From positions 8,182 to 72,181 of the forward strand of contig MQRK01213622.1 of NCBI GenBank assembly GCA_001938485.1: a DNA stretch of 64,000 nucleotides, read 5' to 3'. Both the position numbers and the translations under genes were made by a program. Position 1 is the stretch's first letter, and each line of letters begins with the position of its first letter. Below the pieces are notes generated by a model. That model worked only from the letters and a program-made list of their open reading frames with translations. It was not told the DNA's origin and did not search any database. Shown here in pieces: positions 1 through 13,150 of this stretch. The stretch is from Girardia tigrina (lineage: Eukaryota).

Positions 1-224
1 TTAAAGGAGAACATTTCGTCATTCATCAGTAATATCCCTCAAGATATGCTACAGGCAGCAAGTGCTTCCCTGGTGGCCAGGGCTCAGCTTTGTCTTGAAA
101 ATAATGGTGGACACATAAACCTGAAATATAACTGAATACATTTTTCAATTTGTTTTGTGTTTTCCACTATTTCTACGAAATATTTAAGTGGTTTTAAAAC
201 TCTAGTTACTTTATGATAACCCTG
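1..224 (+). mobile_element. Tc1/mariner-superfamily transposon 3' end (transposase C-terminus + TIR)
   Basis: Frame 1 reads LKENISSFISNIPQDMLQAASASLVARAQLCLENNGGHI*, the typical R..xC...GGH tail. Ends in ...ttatgataaccctg|TA. Confidence 0.8.
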
Positions 225-388
225 TATATTTATATCTATATTATTTTTACTATACTAAGATAACATTTTAAATATTATAATAATGGATTCAAAATATTCT
301 GAATTAAGTCTCTTGATAATTTTTGTTTAAATAAACAAAAAACGTGCACCTTTTTAAATAAGAATAAATTTTTGAAATTTAGAAATTA

Positions 389-938
389 TTGATGAAAAAT
401 TCTTACAAAAGTAAAATATTATTCTCTAGCCCTTATCATCATTCTAGTAATGGGCAAATTGAAAGACAATTTAGGACAATAAGAGATTCCATCCATATAT
501 CATTGAAAGACAAAAAAGGCAGAGATTGGACTGAAATTCTACTTGAATTAGAATTCATGATCAATGGTACTGTACAAAGTACAATAAAAATGAGCCCAGC
601 AGAACTCTTTTTTGGCAAGAAGATTTCAAGAGAATGGCATAACGAAACCGACAAAGAAAATAATGAAATTAAATACGTAAAAATACGACAAGAGAAAAGA
701 TCAAAACTGTATAAAGCAATCGGAAAAAATAATAATAACGATAATAAAGATGACAAACAACTTATCGAAAGAGAATTTAAAGTAGGTGACAAATGTGTCA
801 AAAACAGAAGATAGATATAAATGACCAGCTAAAATTGTTGAGAAGAGACATGATAAAAGCTATATTATTAGATTTGATAAGGGGGGCGTACCATTGTAAG
901 AAACGTTGAATGGATAAGACTTTTTAAACCGAGGGAGA
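389..938 (+). pseudogene. Gypsy/Ty3 integrase C-terminal fragment followed by polypurine tract
   Basis: SSPYHHSSNGQIER and SPAELFFG integrase motifs, FKVGD, decayed tail ...IVRNVEWIR. PPT GAGGGAGA at 931-938. Confidence 0.9.
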
Positions 939-1204
939 TGTGAGGAGAATTATTATCAAAACTAATAAATCTATGTTGCGTAATTTATGTATGGAATGTT
1001 CTAGGTGTCATCTTTGTATTGTTGTATAATAGGTCAAGACCGAAATAGTGTGTATGGTGAAATGAATGAGTGTATGTTTGAAGCATTAATGACGGCATTG
1101 ATGACTGATGATATTCCTCATTTTATTGTCTTTAAATAAATATTATGACAGACTCGAAGTCTTCTGACCGTGGTTATTTTAGTCATGCCGGAGAATTCGC
1201 AACA
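939..1204 (+). mobile_element. 3' LTR of the Gypsy fragment
   Basis: Starts TGTGAGGAG directly after the PPT, AATAAA at 1135-1140, ends ...TTCGCAACA. Confidence 0.75.
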
Positions 1205-3528
1205 AAAGGTATCAAAAAAGAGGATTTTTAAAATAAAAACTTCATCATGACACTTAGTATTTTAATAAAAAAAATCTTTTCTGCATACCAACATTTTTAA
1301 AAACAGTTTTTTTATTGATATTATGAAAATAACGACAAAATTATTATATTCAATATTCTAAAAATTTTTATTTGTTCCTTTTTATATATAAATTATTGTA
1401 ATGCTTCTTTTTTAGAAATTTTATTTTTAAATAATTTTATTTCAATTGGATTAAATTATTTTTTTAAACGGAATAAATTATCATACAAACAGATTAAATT
1501 AAAGTAAAAACCATGTAATAAATATTATTATATTAATTATTATATTAATATTATTATATTAATTAATAATAATTAAACATTAATTAATTAAACATTTATT
1601 TGTATATAAAATTTCCGTATTAAAATTAATAATCATAAAATTTATTTTCGAAGGCGTAAATAATTTAATAGTATGTTAAAGAAGATTTTGTTGTTAGAAA
1701 TTTTGTTCGAATATTTATTTATTTTTCTGAAAATTAATATTTTCTCAAATATTGAGAAGTATTAAAAGTCGACAGACGCATCAAATTCCAAAAAAAAGTG
1801 AACAAAATATTCCGATAGACATTGTTAAAAAATAATATATAAAATTTATCATTATTTTGTGGATTTTATTTATTTAAAAAATTATTATTTTTTTTTATTT
1901 TAACTAATTTATTTTTTGACAGTTTTCAGAAAGCATGTTTACGATTCAATTAACTAAAACAAATAACTGTATAAATTAAAAAAAATTTTCATTTATTGTT
2001 TTTTATTTAAATTTTTGTTAATATTTGTATTTAAATCGAGACAAATTCTGTCAGAAGTAAAAATAAAAATGAGGTTTCGTTTCATTAAAAATCTTTTCAA
2101 AATTATAATAATAAATCAAATAAATACAGAAATCACGTAAATTAAAAATAATTTTTAATTTTATTGAAATAATTAAGGCATTAATAAAAAGACAATATAA
2201 CTGAAAAAATTGTATGCTTCTTTGCTCCTAAAATATTTTTTTCATTATATATGGATATCAATAAAAACTTTAAATCCTACAAAATAATATATATATGTAA
2301 ATAAAGGATTTTTTTATTTTCAAATTTATTCAAGAAGCAGACGCGTTTCGCCGTGACAAAAAGTGATTAACTACTATTTATATATCTGAAAACTGTTGCA
2401 TTATACGTCTCAAAAAAATTGTGTAAAAATACTTTAAAATGTTATTTCAAAACATTAATATAATTGGATGAATCAACTTGCACATTTAGCATGGTTTATG
2501 ATGTTCAATTAACAATGCTTAGACAATAATCCTCACATAATTTATGTCAAAATTATTTAACATTACTTTCAAATCTTTACTATAATCAATATAATTAACT
2601 TTACATATGTTATGGCTTAATCGAGTAGAAGCAGTTTAATTTGGAAGCATATTAAAAATGTCAAGGCAATTTTCTGTCTATAATTCTAGGTAATGTCTAT
2701 TTATGTAATCTTAGCTATGGTGCATCTTCTCGCATCAGATCCCTTTATACTCTTTTTTCAATTATGGGTGATGCATTCAACATTATCATATGCAGTTCAC
2801 GTGTCGATAATTATCGCTCGCATCTTCCGTTGCTGGGTTAAGTTTAAGTTTACGTATACGTCTTGATCTTACACTGCTTCTCGCATTTCAAGTTATTGGA
2901 AGTATTTATAGATATTTAATTAACTCATTTAGTATATGCGCACTGAAAAAATTTCACAAATCATTTGACATTTAATTTCCGTAAGGAAACTAAATATAAT
3001 TGGCTCGTATTTGTGGACTTCTTTGCTTTTTTTAATATTTCTCGTTATAATGTTATAAGCATTCGAAGTTGAAATGTTAATAATATTAATAACTAATTAC
3101 TAAAAATGTTTTTCTGAGTTTTAATTTTAATAATCGATCCGCCGATCTTTTTTAAATAATCTTTGTTAAGAGTACCGACACAATTACTATGTACCCTTTT
3201 ATTACTATTATATTATCATATTTAGAGTCATCACAACTCTCGGAAGTTCTGTCACCATTTGTCATCGTTCTAATTAGTATATTTTCTGGATTTTTAATGA
3301 TGATTATTCAAACGAATTTATTAACATTTATTATTTTTTAACATTAAAATATTTTATAAAATTATAAAAAATAGGTAATATATGTTTAATTAAAGCATTA
3401 AATATCGTATTACTTCAATTTAACGCCGCATCCGATATAATAATGCGATATTTAATAATAAACGACGCCCTCGAATAAACGCTGCATTAAAGAATACAAT
3501 TATACAATCAATCATAATTTGTAATATA

Positions 3529-4762
3529 TTAGGGTGAGTCATAAGTTGTGGGGCACTTTTATTAAAAATTAAAATGTTCATAAAACAACGCACAATAAAG
3601 ATTATGATTCGAAATAAAGTCCATTATGTTCAATACATTGTACCNNNNNNNNNNNNNNNNNNNNNNNNNNNNNNNNNNNNNNNNNNNNNNNNNNNNNNNN
3701 NNNNNNNNNNNNNNNNNNNNNNNNNNNNNNNNNNNNNNNNNNNNNNNNNNNNNNNNNNNNNNNNNNNNNNNNNNNNNNNNNNNNNNNNNNNNNNNNNNNN
3801 NNNNNNNNNNNNNNNNNNNNNNNNNNNNNNNNNNNNNNNNNNNNNNNNNNNNNNNNNNNNNNNNNNNNNNNNNNNNNNNNNNNNNNNNNNNNNNNNNNNN
3901 NNNNNNNNNNNNNNNNNNNNNNNNNNNNNNNNNNNNNNNNNNNNNNNNNNNNNNNNNNNNNNNNNNNNNNNNNNNNNNNNNNNNNNNNNNNNNNNNNNNN
4001 NNNNNNNNNNNNNNNNNNNNNNNNNNNNNNNNNNNNNNNNNNNNNNNNNNNNNNNNNNNNNNNNNNNNNNNNNNNNNNNNNNNNNNNNNNNNNNNNNNNN
4101 NNNNNNNNNNNNNNNNNNNNNNNNNNNNNNNNNNNNNNNNNNNNNNNNNNNNNNNNNNNNNNNNNNNNNNNNNNNNNNNNNNNNNNNNNNNNNNNNNNNN
4201 NNNNNNNNNNNNNNNNNNNNNNNNNNNNNNNNNNNNNNNNNNNNNNNNNNNNNNNNNNNNNNNNNNNNNNNNNNNNNNNNNNNNNNNNNNNNNNNNNNNN
4301 NNNNNNNNNNNNNNNNNNNNNNNNNNNNNNNNNNNNNNNNNNNNNNNNNNNNNNNNNNNNNNNNNNNNNNNNNNNNNNNNNNNNNNNNNNNNNNNNNNNN
4401 NNNNNNNNNNNNNNNNNNNNNNNNNNNNNNNNNNNNNNNNNNNNNNNNNNNNNNNNNNNNNNNNNNNNNNNNNNNNNNNNNNNNNNNNNNNNNNNNNNNN
4501 NNNNNNNNNNNNNNNNNNNNNNNNNNNNNNNNNNNNNNNNNNNNNNNNNNNNNNNNNNNNNNNNNNNNNNNNNNNNNNNNNNNNNNNNNNNNNNNNNNNN
4601 NNNNATGAACATAAAATCATGATTTTCTTACAAATACTGAAACTTCAGTTTATGAGCTTTATTACGATATACAAATTCAATTAATATCTATTCGACAATT
4701 CATGTTGTAATTAAAGATAATTATTTTGGAAAGAGTGCCCCACAACTTATGACTCACCCTAA
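3529..4762. mobile_element. Tc1/mariner element (~1.23 kb), interior in N-gap
   Basis: Perfect ~29-bp TIRs TTAGGGTGAGTCATAAGTTGTGGGGCACT flanked by TA. Confidence 0.9.
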
Positions 4763-5822
4763 TAATATATCTAAAAGTAAGATTGTGTTTCAAGCACCAG
4801 TATAATTTTATTAATTAAAAAGTATTATATCAATCCTATTTCTATCTCATCCACGTCATCAATTTCATCATTCCCATCATCGTCTTCATCTTCGTCTTCG
4901 CCCATGTATGATATAGTTTCTTGCACTGGGTACATGAGTTCATCTCGAGCTGATTCTGCAACTTCGCTTTTTCTAGTACAACTGATGACGTCAGGATAGG
5001 TAGAAGTGATGCCACACGCTTCGAAAGACTTGGTAATTATATCTTGTGACACGATATTCCACGCTTCCTTTATCCATTTTACCATGTCAGACTTGCTGGG
5101 GACACGAGGATTTCTAGCAGGTGTACAACTAGCTGGTCGACTTTTATCTTGTAACCAATTTTCATAAAATTCGCGATACTTGTCTTTAAACGGCGTGTTC
5201 CATGACACATCTGCTGATTGAAGAAGCTTCGTGCAACCACCAGGAATGCATGCCATTGTTATATTTGAAATTTTCAGGCAACGGAATGAGTACCATACCA
5301 AGAGTCTCTGATGAAAGGCAAAGTAATCCCACACCTTGTTAATCCACGTCATAGTGTTGTAAGGCTTCATCCAACCATTGTCAGACAGTTCAATGATAAC
5401 GCCTCGTATTCCTACCAACTCTGTCGGCATTCTTTTTCCTTTAAACCCGACAAACGGAGATAATTTACATCCATCAGCCATAGCTGACAGACACACAGTG
5501 ATGCGACTTTTTTCATGTCCAGTCGTAAGCATAGAAACATGCTGTACTCCACGAATATCCATTGTTGCATCACCGGGCATATCCGCCCATATTGCGGTTT
5601 CGTACATGTTGCCAAAATTTCTGGCCGCAGCAGATGTTGGCAGTGTTGCTTTTTGCAACAGCAGACGAATTCCACTACCTTCTTTGTCAACTCTGGTGGA
5701 ATTCGTTGCCCAGTTGTTGTTTTACTACCGAGGACGAAATTATGACGCTCCATAAATTTTTCTCCCCATCCACGACTTGCTTTAATATTGGGGTCGTTGA
5801 CTAGAGCAATAGCATTACTATA

Positions 5823-7078
5823 TTAGGTCGTCCAAAAAGTTTCCGGGCACCATAGCAGTTTTTATTTTTATTTTACAAAATTAATAGGCATAAGAATAAA
5901 AATGTAATAATAACAACATCATATTAATCATCAANNNNNNNNNNNNNNNNNNNNNNNNNNNNNNNNNNNNNNNNNNNNNNNNNNNNNNNNNNNNNNNNNN
6001 NNNNNNNNNNNNNNNNNNNNNNNNNNNNNNNNNNNNNNNNNNNNNNNNNNNNNNNNNNNNNNNNNNNNNNNNNNNNNNNNNNNNNNNNNNNNNNNNNNNN
6101 NNNNNNNNNNNNNNNNNNNNNNNNNNNNNNNNNNNNNNNNNNNNNNNNNNNNNNNNNNNNNNNNNNNNNNNNNNNNNNNNNNNNNNNNNNNNNNNNNNNN
6201 NNNNNNNNNNNNNNNNNNNNNNNNNNNNNNNNNNNNNNNNNNNNNNNNNNNNNNNNNNNNNNNNNNNNNNNNNNNNNNNNNNNNNNNNNNNNNNNNNNNN
6301 NNNNNNNNNNNNNNNNNNNNNNNNNNNNNNNNNNNNNNNNNNNNNNNNNNNNNNNNNNNNNNNNNNNNNNNNNNNNNNNNNNNNNNNNNNNNNNNNNNNN
6401 NNNNNNNNNNNNNNNNNNNNNNNNNNNNNNNNNNNNNNNNNNNNNNNNNNNNNNNNNNNNNNNNNNNNNNNNNNNNNNNNNNNNNNNNNNNNNNNNNNNN
6501 NNNNNNNNNNNNNNNNNNNNNNNNNNNNNNNNNNNNNNNNNNNNNNNNNNNNNNNNNNNNNNNNNNNNNNNNNNNNNNNNNNNNNNNNNNNNNNNNNNNN
6601 NNNNNNNNNNNNNNNNNNNNNNNNNNNNNNNNNNNNNNNNNNNNNNNNNNNNNNNNNNNNNNNNNNNNNNNNNNNNNNNNNNNNNNNNNNNNNNNNNNNN
6701 NNNNNNNNNNNNNNNNNNNNNNNNNNNNNNNNNNNNNNNNNNNNNNNNNNNNNNNNNNNNNNNNNNNNNNNNNNNNNNNNNNNNNNNNNNNNNNNNNNTC
6801 AACACTGCAAATTTCTTTCACTGCTGCTCTGGTTGACAAACCTTTTTTCCAGTAATGTCGTAACAATACTCTAATTGCAATTTTTTCATCTGACATTTCC
6901 TTGATATTTGACATTTAAAATCCAACAAAAAAATCGATAATAATCATTTAATGACAAGGAATTACGTTAACTATTTGTAACTATTATAACTATAATTATA
7001 ACTATATTTACAAATATATTTATAACTATATTTATAACTATTACGTTATACTGCCCGGAAACTTTTTGGACGACCTAA
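5823..7078 (-). mobile_element. mariner element (~1.26 kb), interior in N-gap
   Basis: Perfect TIRs TTAGGTCGTCCAAAAAGTTTCCGGGCA with TA TSD. ORF start at 6914 MSNIKEMSDEKIAIRVLLRHYWKKGLSTRAAVKEIC (mariner HTH). Confidence 0.93.
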
Positions 7079-8690
7079 TATATAGATTTACGAGTAACTC
7101 GATGATAGAGTGAGCGCTCATCTAAAATCCACTGTCGTATTTTAATTTCCATTTCTTCATTATTAACTTTGCGACCACCACCAGGAAGACGTTGTCATTT
7201 TGGGGCTTTGCATGCTCCAATTGATGCATCCAGATCTGAAAACTTTCCAGTGGCTTCCTGTTGTCTCCACTCACGAATCCGTTTTTCGTCAACGTGAAGC
7301 TGTGCTGCTGCTGGACGATTTCCTTTCATTTTTGCTGGGTCGACAGCTCTCTGTTTGAAAGCTAGGTCATAAGATCGTTTGCTCGGTATTTTCTTCTATA
7401 AAAAATAAGGGAATATATTGTTTATTTTTAAACAAATTATTATTTTTTTGAATAATATTTTTTTTAAATTTTATTTTTTTTAATTTCTGAAATAAACGCC
7501 TCCCTAGAATAAACGCCGCCTTCGATTTAACGTCGCACTTTCGATTCAGCATTTGAAATAAACGCCGCGGCGTTAAATCAAAGTAATATGTATGTTTGTT
7601 TTAATTTTTTGAAAATTATTACTTAGTTTAGAAATTACTCTATATTATTACTTTCTAAATTAAAATTTTATCAGATTATTAAATTCATTTTGAAATGAAA
7701 ATTTTGTTCGAATGATCAATTATCACAAATATAATAAAGCATCAAATTTTCAACTGGGTGGTATAATCACAATTCCAATTTCAGTACACTCAAATAAATA
7801 CACCATTTAAAATATATCTCAATCTTTAATTTTTAATTACAGATTGATTTTTAAAACTTGAAAATGAAAATATTTTTCTAAATTCAAAATTTAAAATAAT
7901 ATTTTATTTAATTTTAAATTAATCTCCTTTATTATTCTAAATTAATCAATCTTTTCTAAATTAATTAATCTTTTATTATTCTAAAATAATAATTTGATTT
8001 AAACTAATAAAAATATGCAATTACCAAATCATTACAAAATGTAATTCTACGTAATTTAAACATTTAAATTTCAAAGCATTTAAAATATTCCAATTTTTTT
8101 TCAAAGATCAACAGTGTTTGTTTTTTAAAAATTATATTTTAGATATTATTATTTATTTAAATTCTATTGCGAAAAATTATTTAAAAATTCTTATACAAAA
8201 TATATAATTGAAAAATTATGTTTTTTAAATTATACATTTTTTAAGTTATTAAATATTGATCAGCAAAATGAAAGTTAACTACCTCGTCATATAAGCCAAG
8301 ACAATTCAATCAATAATGTCTAAATTTCTCTTTATTTTATAGTAATTTATGACTTTCATTGACATACTTATTCAAAAGCAGTATATGCAGAATAATAATA
8401 TTTCTATCCTTAGGATATTTTACTAATAGAGCAATAGCTAAAAAACTGTTCATCAATCAGAATTTTTAATTTCCTGCTCAAAAATTAGTATCTCGAAGGT
8501 TTTTTGTAAGAGTAAACATGAAAAAGGACCCTAATATTTAAAGGACTCAAGAACTTACTTGGAAGTTAGAAAACCCTGAGTTTCAAAAGATAAATAATAT
8601 AAATAACATAAGTCAGGACTAAAGCTCTTTTAACTGAAACGCTTCGGTTTTTAGGATAAATACTAAATGTTAAAGTTTTTAGACATTAGC

Positions 8691-8843
8691 AATTTGACGG
8701 TCGCGCTGGTAGCAGCCGATATACAAGTAGACTAAAATGAAAAAAAACGAGACCAAGACAGATTGAAAGCTTATGAATCATACCGAAATTCCATAAAAAA
8801 CGTAGCAGAAAAACGTGTATTTGCATGCGGCCGTCAGTGTTAA
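8691..8843. mobile_element. Possible piggyBac-type MITE relic
   Basis: TGACGGTCGC...GCGGCCGTCAGTG|TTAA imperfect inverted ends. Confidence 0.35.
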
Positions 8844-9689
8844 TTTAATAAAATATAGAGCTTAAGATTTTTTTTGAAAATTAAAAAGACGAAAAAAATT
8901 GATTGTTTTTCTTATTTATGTAAACGGAAATCTTTTGATATTTTGACAATTTCTTAAATAATAAATTAAAAGCAGAAAAAAAATCATAATTCATTAAAAA
9001 AGAAAAACAATTTTCTATTAAAATAAAAACGAAACAAATAATAATTTTATTAATAATTTTTAATTCGGAATTTTATTCCATGAAAAAAAAAAATTTTAAT
9101 CCAGAAAATTTAAAAGAAAAATGAATTTGTTTTTTTCGTTTAGAAATAAAAACAAAATTAAATTGCTTTTATTAATTAAACTTTGTTTTTTTTATAAATA
9201 ATTAAAATATAGAGAGAAAAAAAACGTTTTGTTTGAATATGAAATCAATGAATAAATATAAAATTTGCCTCATGGAAATTTCGATTTTCTTTAAAAACTG
9301 TATTCGTCAGATGTAGCGAGAAAGCGAATTTCTCTATCGATTTTTTTTCCTTCAATTTTTTAAATTATATATTTTTCTCTTTTTTGTATTATTATTATTT
9401 TAAAATTTTAGAATATTAAATTAGCAGCAGACTTTTCTGTATTTTAATTGATCAATGCAACCTAATGTGAATATTAAATTATCAAGCAGAATCTCAGACG
9501 TATCTCAAGAAGATACATTAAGAACTCAACTAAACTTTTAAATACCTCTTATTTCAAATGAATTTATTTATTATTTATTCTAGATTATTAAATTATTTTT
9601 AAAAATTATTTACGTATTTTGTTTTATTTATTAAGGAATTATTTCTAAATATAATATTATTTTTATTATAATAATACTTATTATTATTA

Positions 9690-10710
9690 TTAGGTTGGAA
9701 TGAAAGTTTTGTCAGTTATTTTAAAAATTGTAAATTAATTTTTTTAATTTAATTTTATCTTATACAGATTTTATATAATATGGATTTTATACATTATATA
9801 TTCTTATAAGCGTAAAGAAGTCTGCAACTTGATTTTTTTAGTTAATTCAAACTTAATCGTACAGCAGAGAAAACATCTAAAAGCATTTTTGCTAGCAAAT
9901 GCTAAGATTCTTCAACTAAAAAAAACATGTTTCCGATAGTATGCGAAATTCCGATCCGGCAATAAGCACCGTAAAGACAAAAAGCGCTCCAGACGCCCAA
10001 AATCCATTGATGCCGTTCCATTGAGGCGGATACAACACAAACAACGCATGAAATGGCTGCTGAACTCAAAACTACACATAAACGATTATTCAGAACCTTC
10101 AGAAAATGAACAAGAAAAATAAAAGTAGTTTAATAATCAAACTCAACAAAATGAAAAAATTTCGGCGAGTTAACGAGTGTTGTTGGCTATTTGCACAATT
10201 TCAGCTGTGGTGGATTGCAACCAATTTCGCAAAGAGATGAGAAGCTGGTTGTCTATGATAACTGGAAACTCAAAAACCAATGACTGAGTCCAGGTCAACT
10301 TTAAAAACGGACACTTCGAAGTGATCTGCATCTGTTCACTATGAACTCCTTCCGTGCATTCAAACCATCACCTTCAAAGTTTACGGCTCCAATTAGACCG
10401 TGTTCAGGCCACTTTGCGTATTTGTGGGATCAACACGACTCGTGTTTGTTTTCAGTAAAACAACGCCAGACCTTACGTTTCACATTGGAAGAGCCTAAAA
10501 TCTAATAATTGAGGTAAATGTTCTTAAAAACTAACCTATAGCTCAAACGTTGAACCAGTGGATTATCATCTTTTCTGGTCACTAAAACATTTCATTTGCG
10601 GACGCCTTTTTTACGTCCTGTAAAACGCAAGAGTTTTACCGACTTGGAATTTTCTTATTGTAGCCTCGTTAAAGAAGAATAATTAAAAGTGATGGGGATT
10701 ACATTAATTA
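9690..10710 (+). mobile_element. Heavily decayed mariner
   Basis: TA|TTAGGTTGG TIR. Relics of DEK..VYDN, VHYELL, DNARP-like, YS..PVDYHLF and DGDY motifs. Confidence 0.8.
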
Positions 10711-11361
10711 AAGGTTGTTATTGTAAGAATTCTGTACAGAATTTTTTCTTTCTGTTTTCGTATCTCTTTTTACCAAATCTGTAATCTGTTTTTTGGTTTA
10801 TCCTCCAGTTTTTATACAATTTTAATTTCTTTTTGTTACAGTTAATTTTTTTAGGTTTCATTTTCGATTAATTTATGTCTATTTTGAGTAGATGTAAACG
10901 TTAAAATAGTTCTGACAACTTATTTTATCGATGGGGCTTTTGAAAGCTTCCATATCAAAAGTATATATGTTATATTTTCACAAATTGGGCTTTTATTAAT
11001 ATGTGTCATCATAGTCATGGACAACTTCGTGATGAACAAAAGAAAAACGCAATTGAATACCTTTTGGTATTTCTATGGAAGGCCAGAAACTTACTTGAAG
11101 AGTATCAAAAGCGATTTTATCGGGATAAGAAGTTGATAAAAGAGCATTATCTGAAGCGATTGGATAACGAATGAATACCTAATACTACGAGACTTAATCC
11201 CGCGATAAATAAACCTTAAGACTTTTAATCCAAGTGACAGTCAATTTTGTGACATGACACATGAAATTAAATTAAAAATTCAGTTTACAGAAAGAGTAGC
11301 AGATGTTAAAACATGTACATAATGTACCGATAACATTAATAAAATATATTTAATCGTATGT

Positions 11362-11810
11362 CGTGAGGAATAATTTGGAATGTTGTAAGTTTGTTGTTTG
11401 TATGCTGTTTAGATTTGTGACTCTCATACTCAGATGGGATTGATATGTTATTTGATTAATTATTTGAATCTAATGAAATTAATTTAATGATATTAATTTT
11501 TAGTACTAATTAATTAAAGTTTGATAATTATGAATTTTAATAATATTTTCAGTAAACGATTTTAACTTATTAAATTTAATATATTTAAAAAATTAATGTT
11601 TATTTAAAAAATTACATAATGTCTTTTTATCCAATAAAATTATGAGAAATTAAAATGTAATATTAAAATTTCCCATTCATTGTTTTTTTATATTTGAATA
11701 TGTAATCAAAAACTATATCAATCAAAGAAAGATGACCACTGAAAATTGTTGTGAAGAATCTGTTTGTGTTGTAAATAAATGTTTGCATTCAAATTGTGAT
11801 GTTGTTAATA
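11362..11810 (+). mobile_element. Solo-LTR-like unit (family X)
   Basis: CGTGAGGAATAATTT start, shared motif at ~11412-11438, AATAAA near the end, ends GTTAATA. TSD TATGT/TATGT. Confidence 0.65.
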
Positions 11811-11812
11811 TA

Positions 11813-12274
11813 TGTGAAGAATGTTTTGAAATGTTTGTTGTTTTATATTTTACATGTTGTATGTTGATTCGGATTGCGTCTCTCCTACCCTGATGGATGA
11901 TTGGTATTTCTTTGATTCGTACTAATTGAAAATAATTTAATTTAATTTTAAAGTAAAAAGACTTAAAATATTTTTCAAATGTAATATTTAAATTTTTGAA
12001 TGTAATATTTAATTTTTAATGTAATTAATAGTTTTAATAAATTAATTTTATCGATATTTTTTAAAAAATTTTAGATTTAATGTTAATAATAATAAATAAT
12101 AAAAAAAATGTTTAATTAATTATAATAAATATTTTTCATTTATTTTAAAAAATTAGGAAGAAACTCAGAAATATATTAATCAAGAAAAATGTAAAGACGA
12201 TTCGGCTTGTGGTATTAATAAATGGTCAAAAAATCATATTGATGTTGTTAATAGTGTTTTCACAGTGCTTAACA
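11813..12274 (+). mobile_element. Solo-LTR-like unit (family X), abutting the previous copy
   Basis: TGTGAAGAATGTTTT start, motif GATTGCG..CCTACCCTGATGG, ends CTTAACA. Middle is homologous to 23325-23620. Confidence 0.65.
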
Positions 12275-12876
12275 TAAGTTTCAGACCACCAAAATTAAAT
12301 CTATTTTTTTAAACATCTTTGGTATTTTTTTTTCATATACTTTTACGGCTACATTTAAATAATAAATAATAAATATAAGAAATATTTTAAAATATTCACA
12401 AAAAACAAATTGTTCATTTTAAATTATAATAAAAAAATATTTTAAAAATTCATAAAAAAATTAATAAAATCATTTTTGCAACATTCAATCGCATTTATTT
12501 CTTTGATAATTTTCATTTTTCTTTTTCATTTCCTTAATGAAAAAATATTTAAATCAAAAACAAAACGAAAAAGAATAAAACTGCTTTTGATAATGTTGAA
12601 AGTTTTCTTCATAATTACAAAAGACTTATAACAAAAACTTGTTTAATGAAAAAAATAAAATAATATTCTTTAATTATTAAAAGAAAGATAGTGTTTTTCT
12701 AGAATAAATTTATTAAAAGTTAATCTTTCTGTTATTTTTTTATAAAAAAAAACGTGTAGATTTTTTTATTAGAAAATAAATGATAAAAATATAATTTAAA
12801 TATTAATTGTGATGAAATTATAACGGTCGATTATTGAGGAAGAAATTATATTTTAAGGGTTAAATATTTTTAAGTA

Positions 12877-13150
12877 CAGGGTGTCCAGTGGAAAACCAAA
12901 GGATTTTATGAAACCTAAGTGTATTTAATGAAACACGTGATAAACGCAAACAATTATATTTACATAAATAATCTTGCTGTTCTGAGGTGTTCAAGATGTC
13001 CTTCAGGATTGTTGCAACTATTTCGAAGACGTGGAATCCAGGAAGCTGTGGCCTTGAGAATTACCTCCATGGCGATGTTCTGCCATGCGGGTAGTAATGC
13101 ACTTTTAAGTTCATCAACCGTGGTTATATCACTGCGCACTGTTTGCAAGA
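12877..13150 (-). mobile_element. Tc1-like transposon 3' end
   Basis: TA|CAGGGTGTCC TIR. Reads TVDELKSALLPAWQNI..SWIPRLRNSCNNPEGHLEHL. Confidence 0.8.

Larger units (their letters stand above)
3405..7590 (-). mobile_element. pogo-superfamily (Passer/POGK-like) DNA transposon, decayed, carrying two nested Tc1/mariner insertions
   Basis: Imperfect TIRs (tcgtattacttcaatttaacgccgc / gcggcgttaaatcaaagtaatatg) flanked by TA, with subterminal AATAAACGCCGC-like repeats. N-terminus RSYDLAFKQRAV..RIREWR..GGGRK at ~7100-7400. DDE_1-type ORF 4825-5658 (NMYET, TTGHEKSRITVCL, IPGGCTKLLQSADVSWN). Confidence 0.88.
3164..7821 (-). mobile_element. Solo-LTR-like unit (family X) split by a pogo-type transposon; own sequence is 3164-3404 + 7591-7821
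   Basis: TGTTAAGAG...ATCTCA termini, perfect 5-bp TSD ATCTT/ATCTT. Both halves are homologous to the 24386-24908 copy. Confidence 0.75.

Noticed and set aside
2620-2900. CTCGCAT repeats, possibly a Helitron N-terminal repeat region
   Set aside because: No Rep/helicase motif or terminus was found to support it.
11813-11930. Cys-rich peptide-like readings at family X starts (CEECF.., CKECL.., CEEYF..) suggesting a toxin or peptide gene family
   Set aside because: Frames and stops are not conserved between copies. The Cys codons come from the TGT-rich LTR start, and TSDs flank the units.
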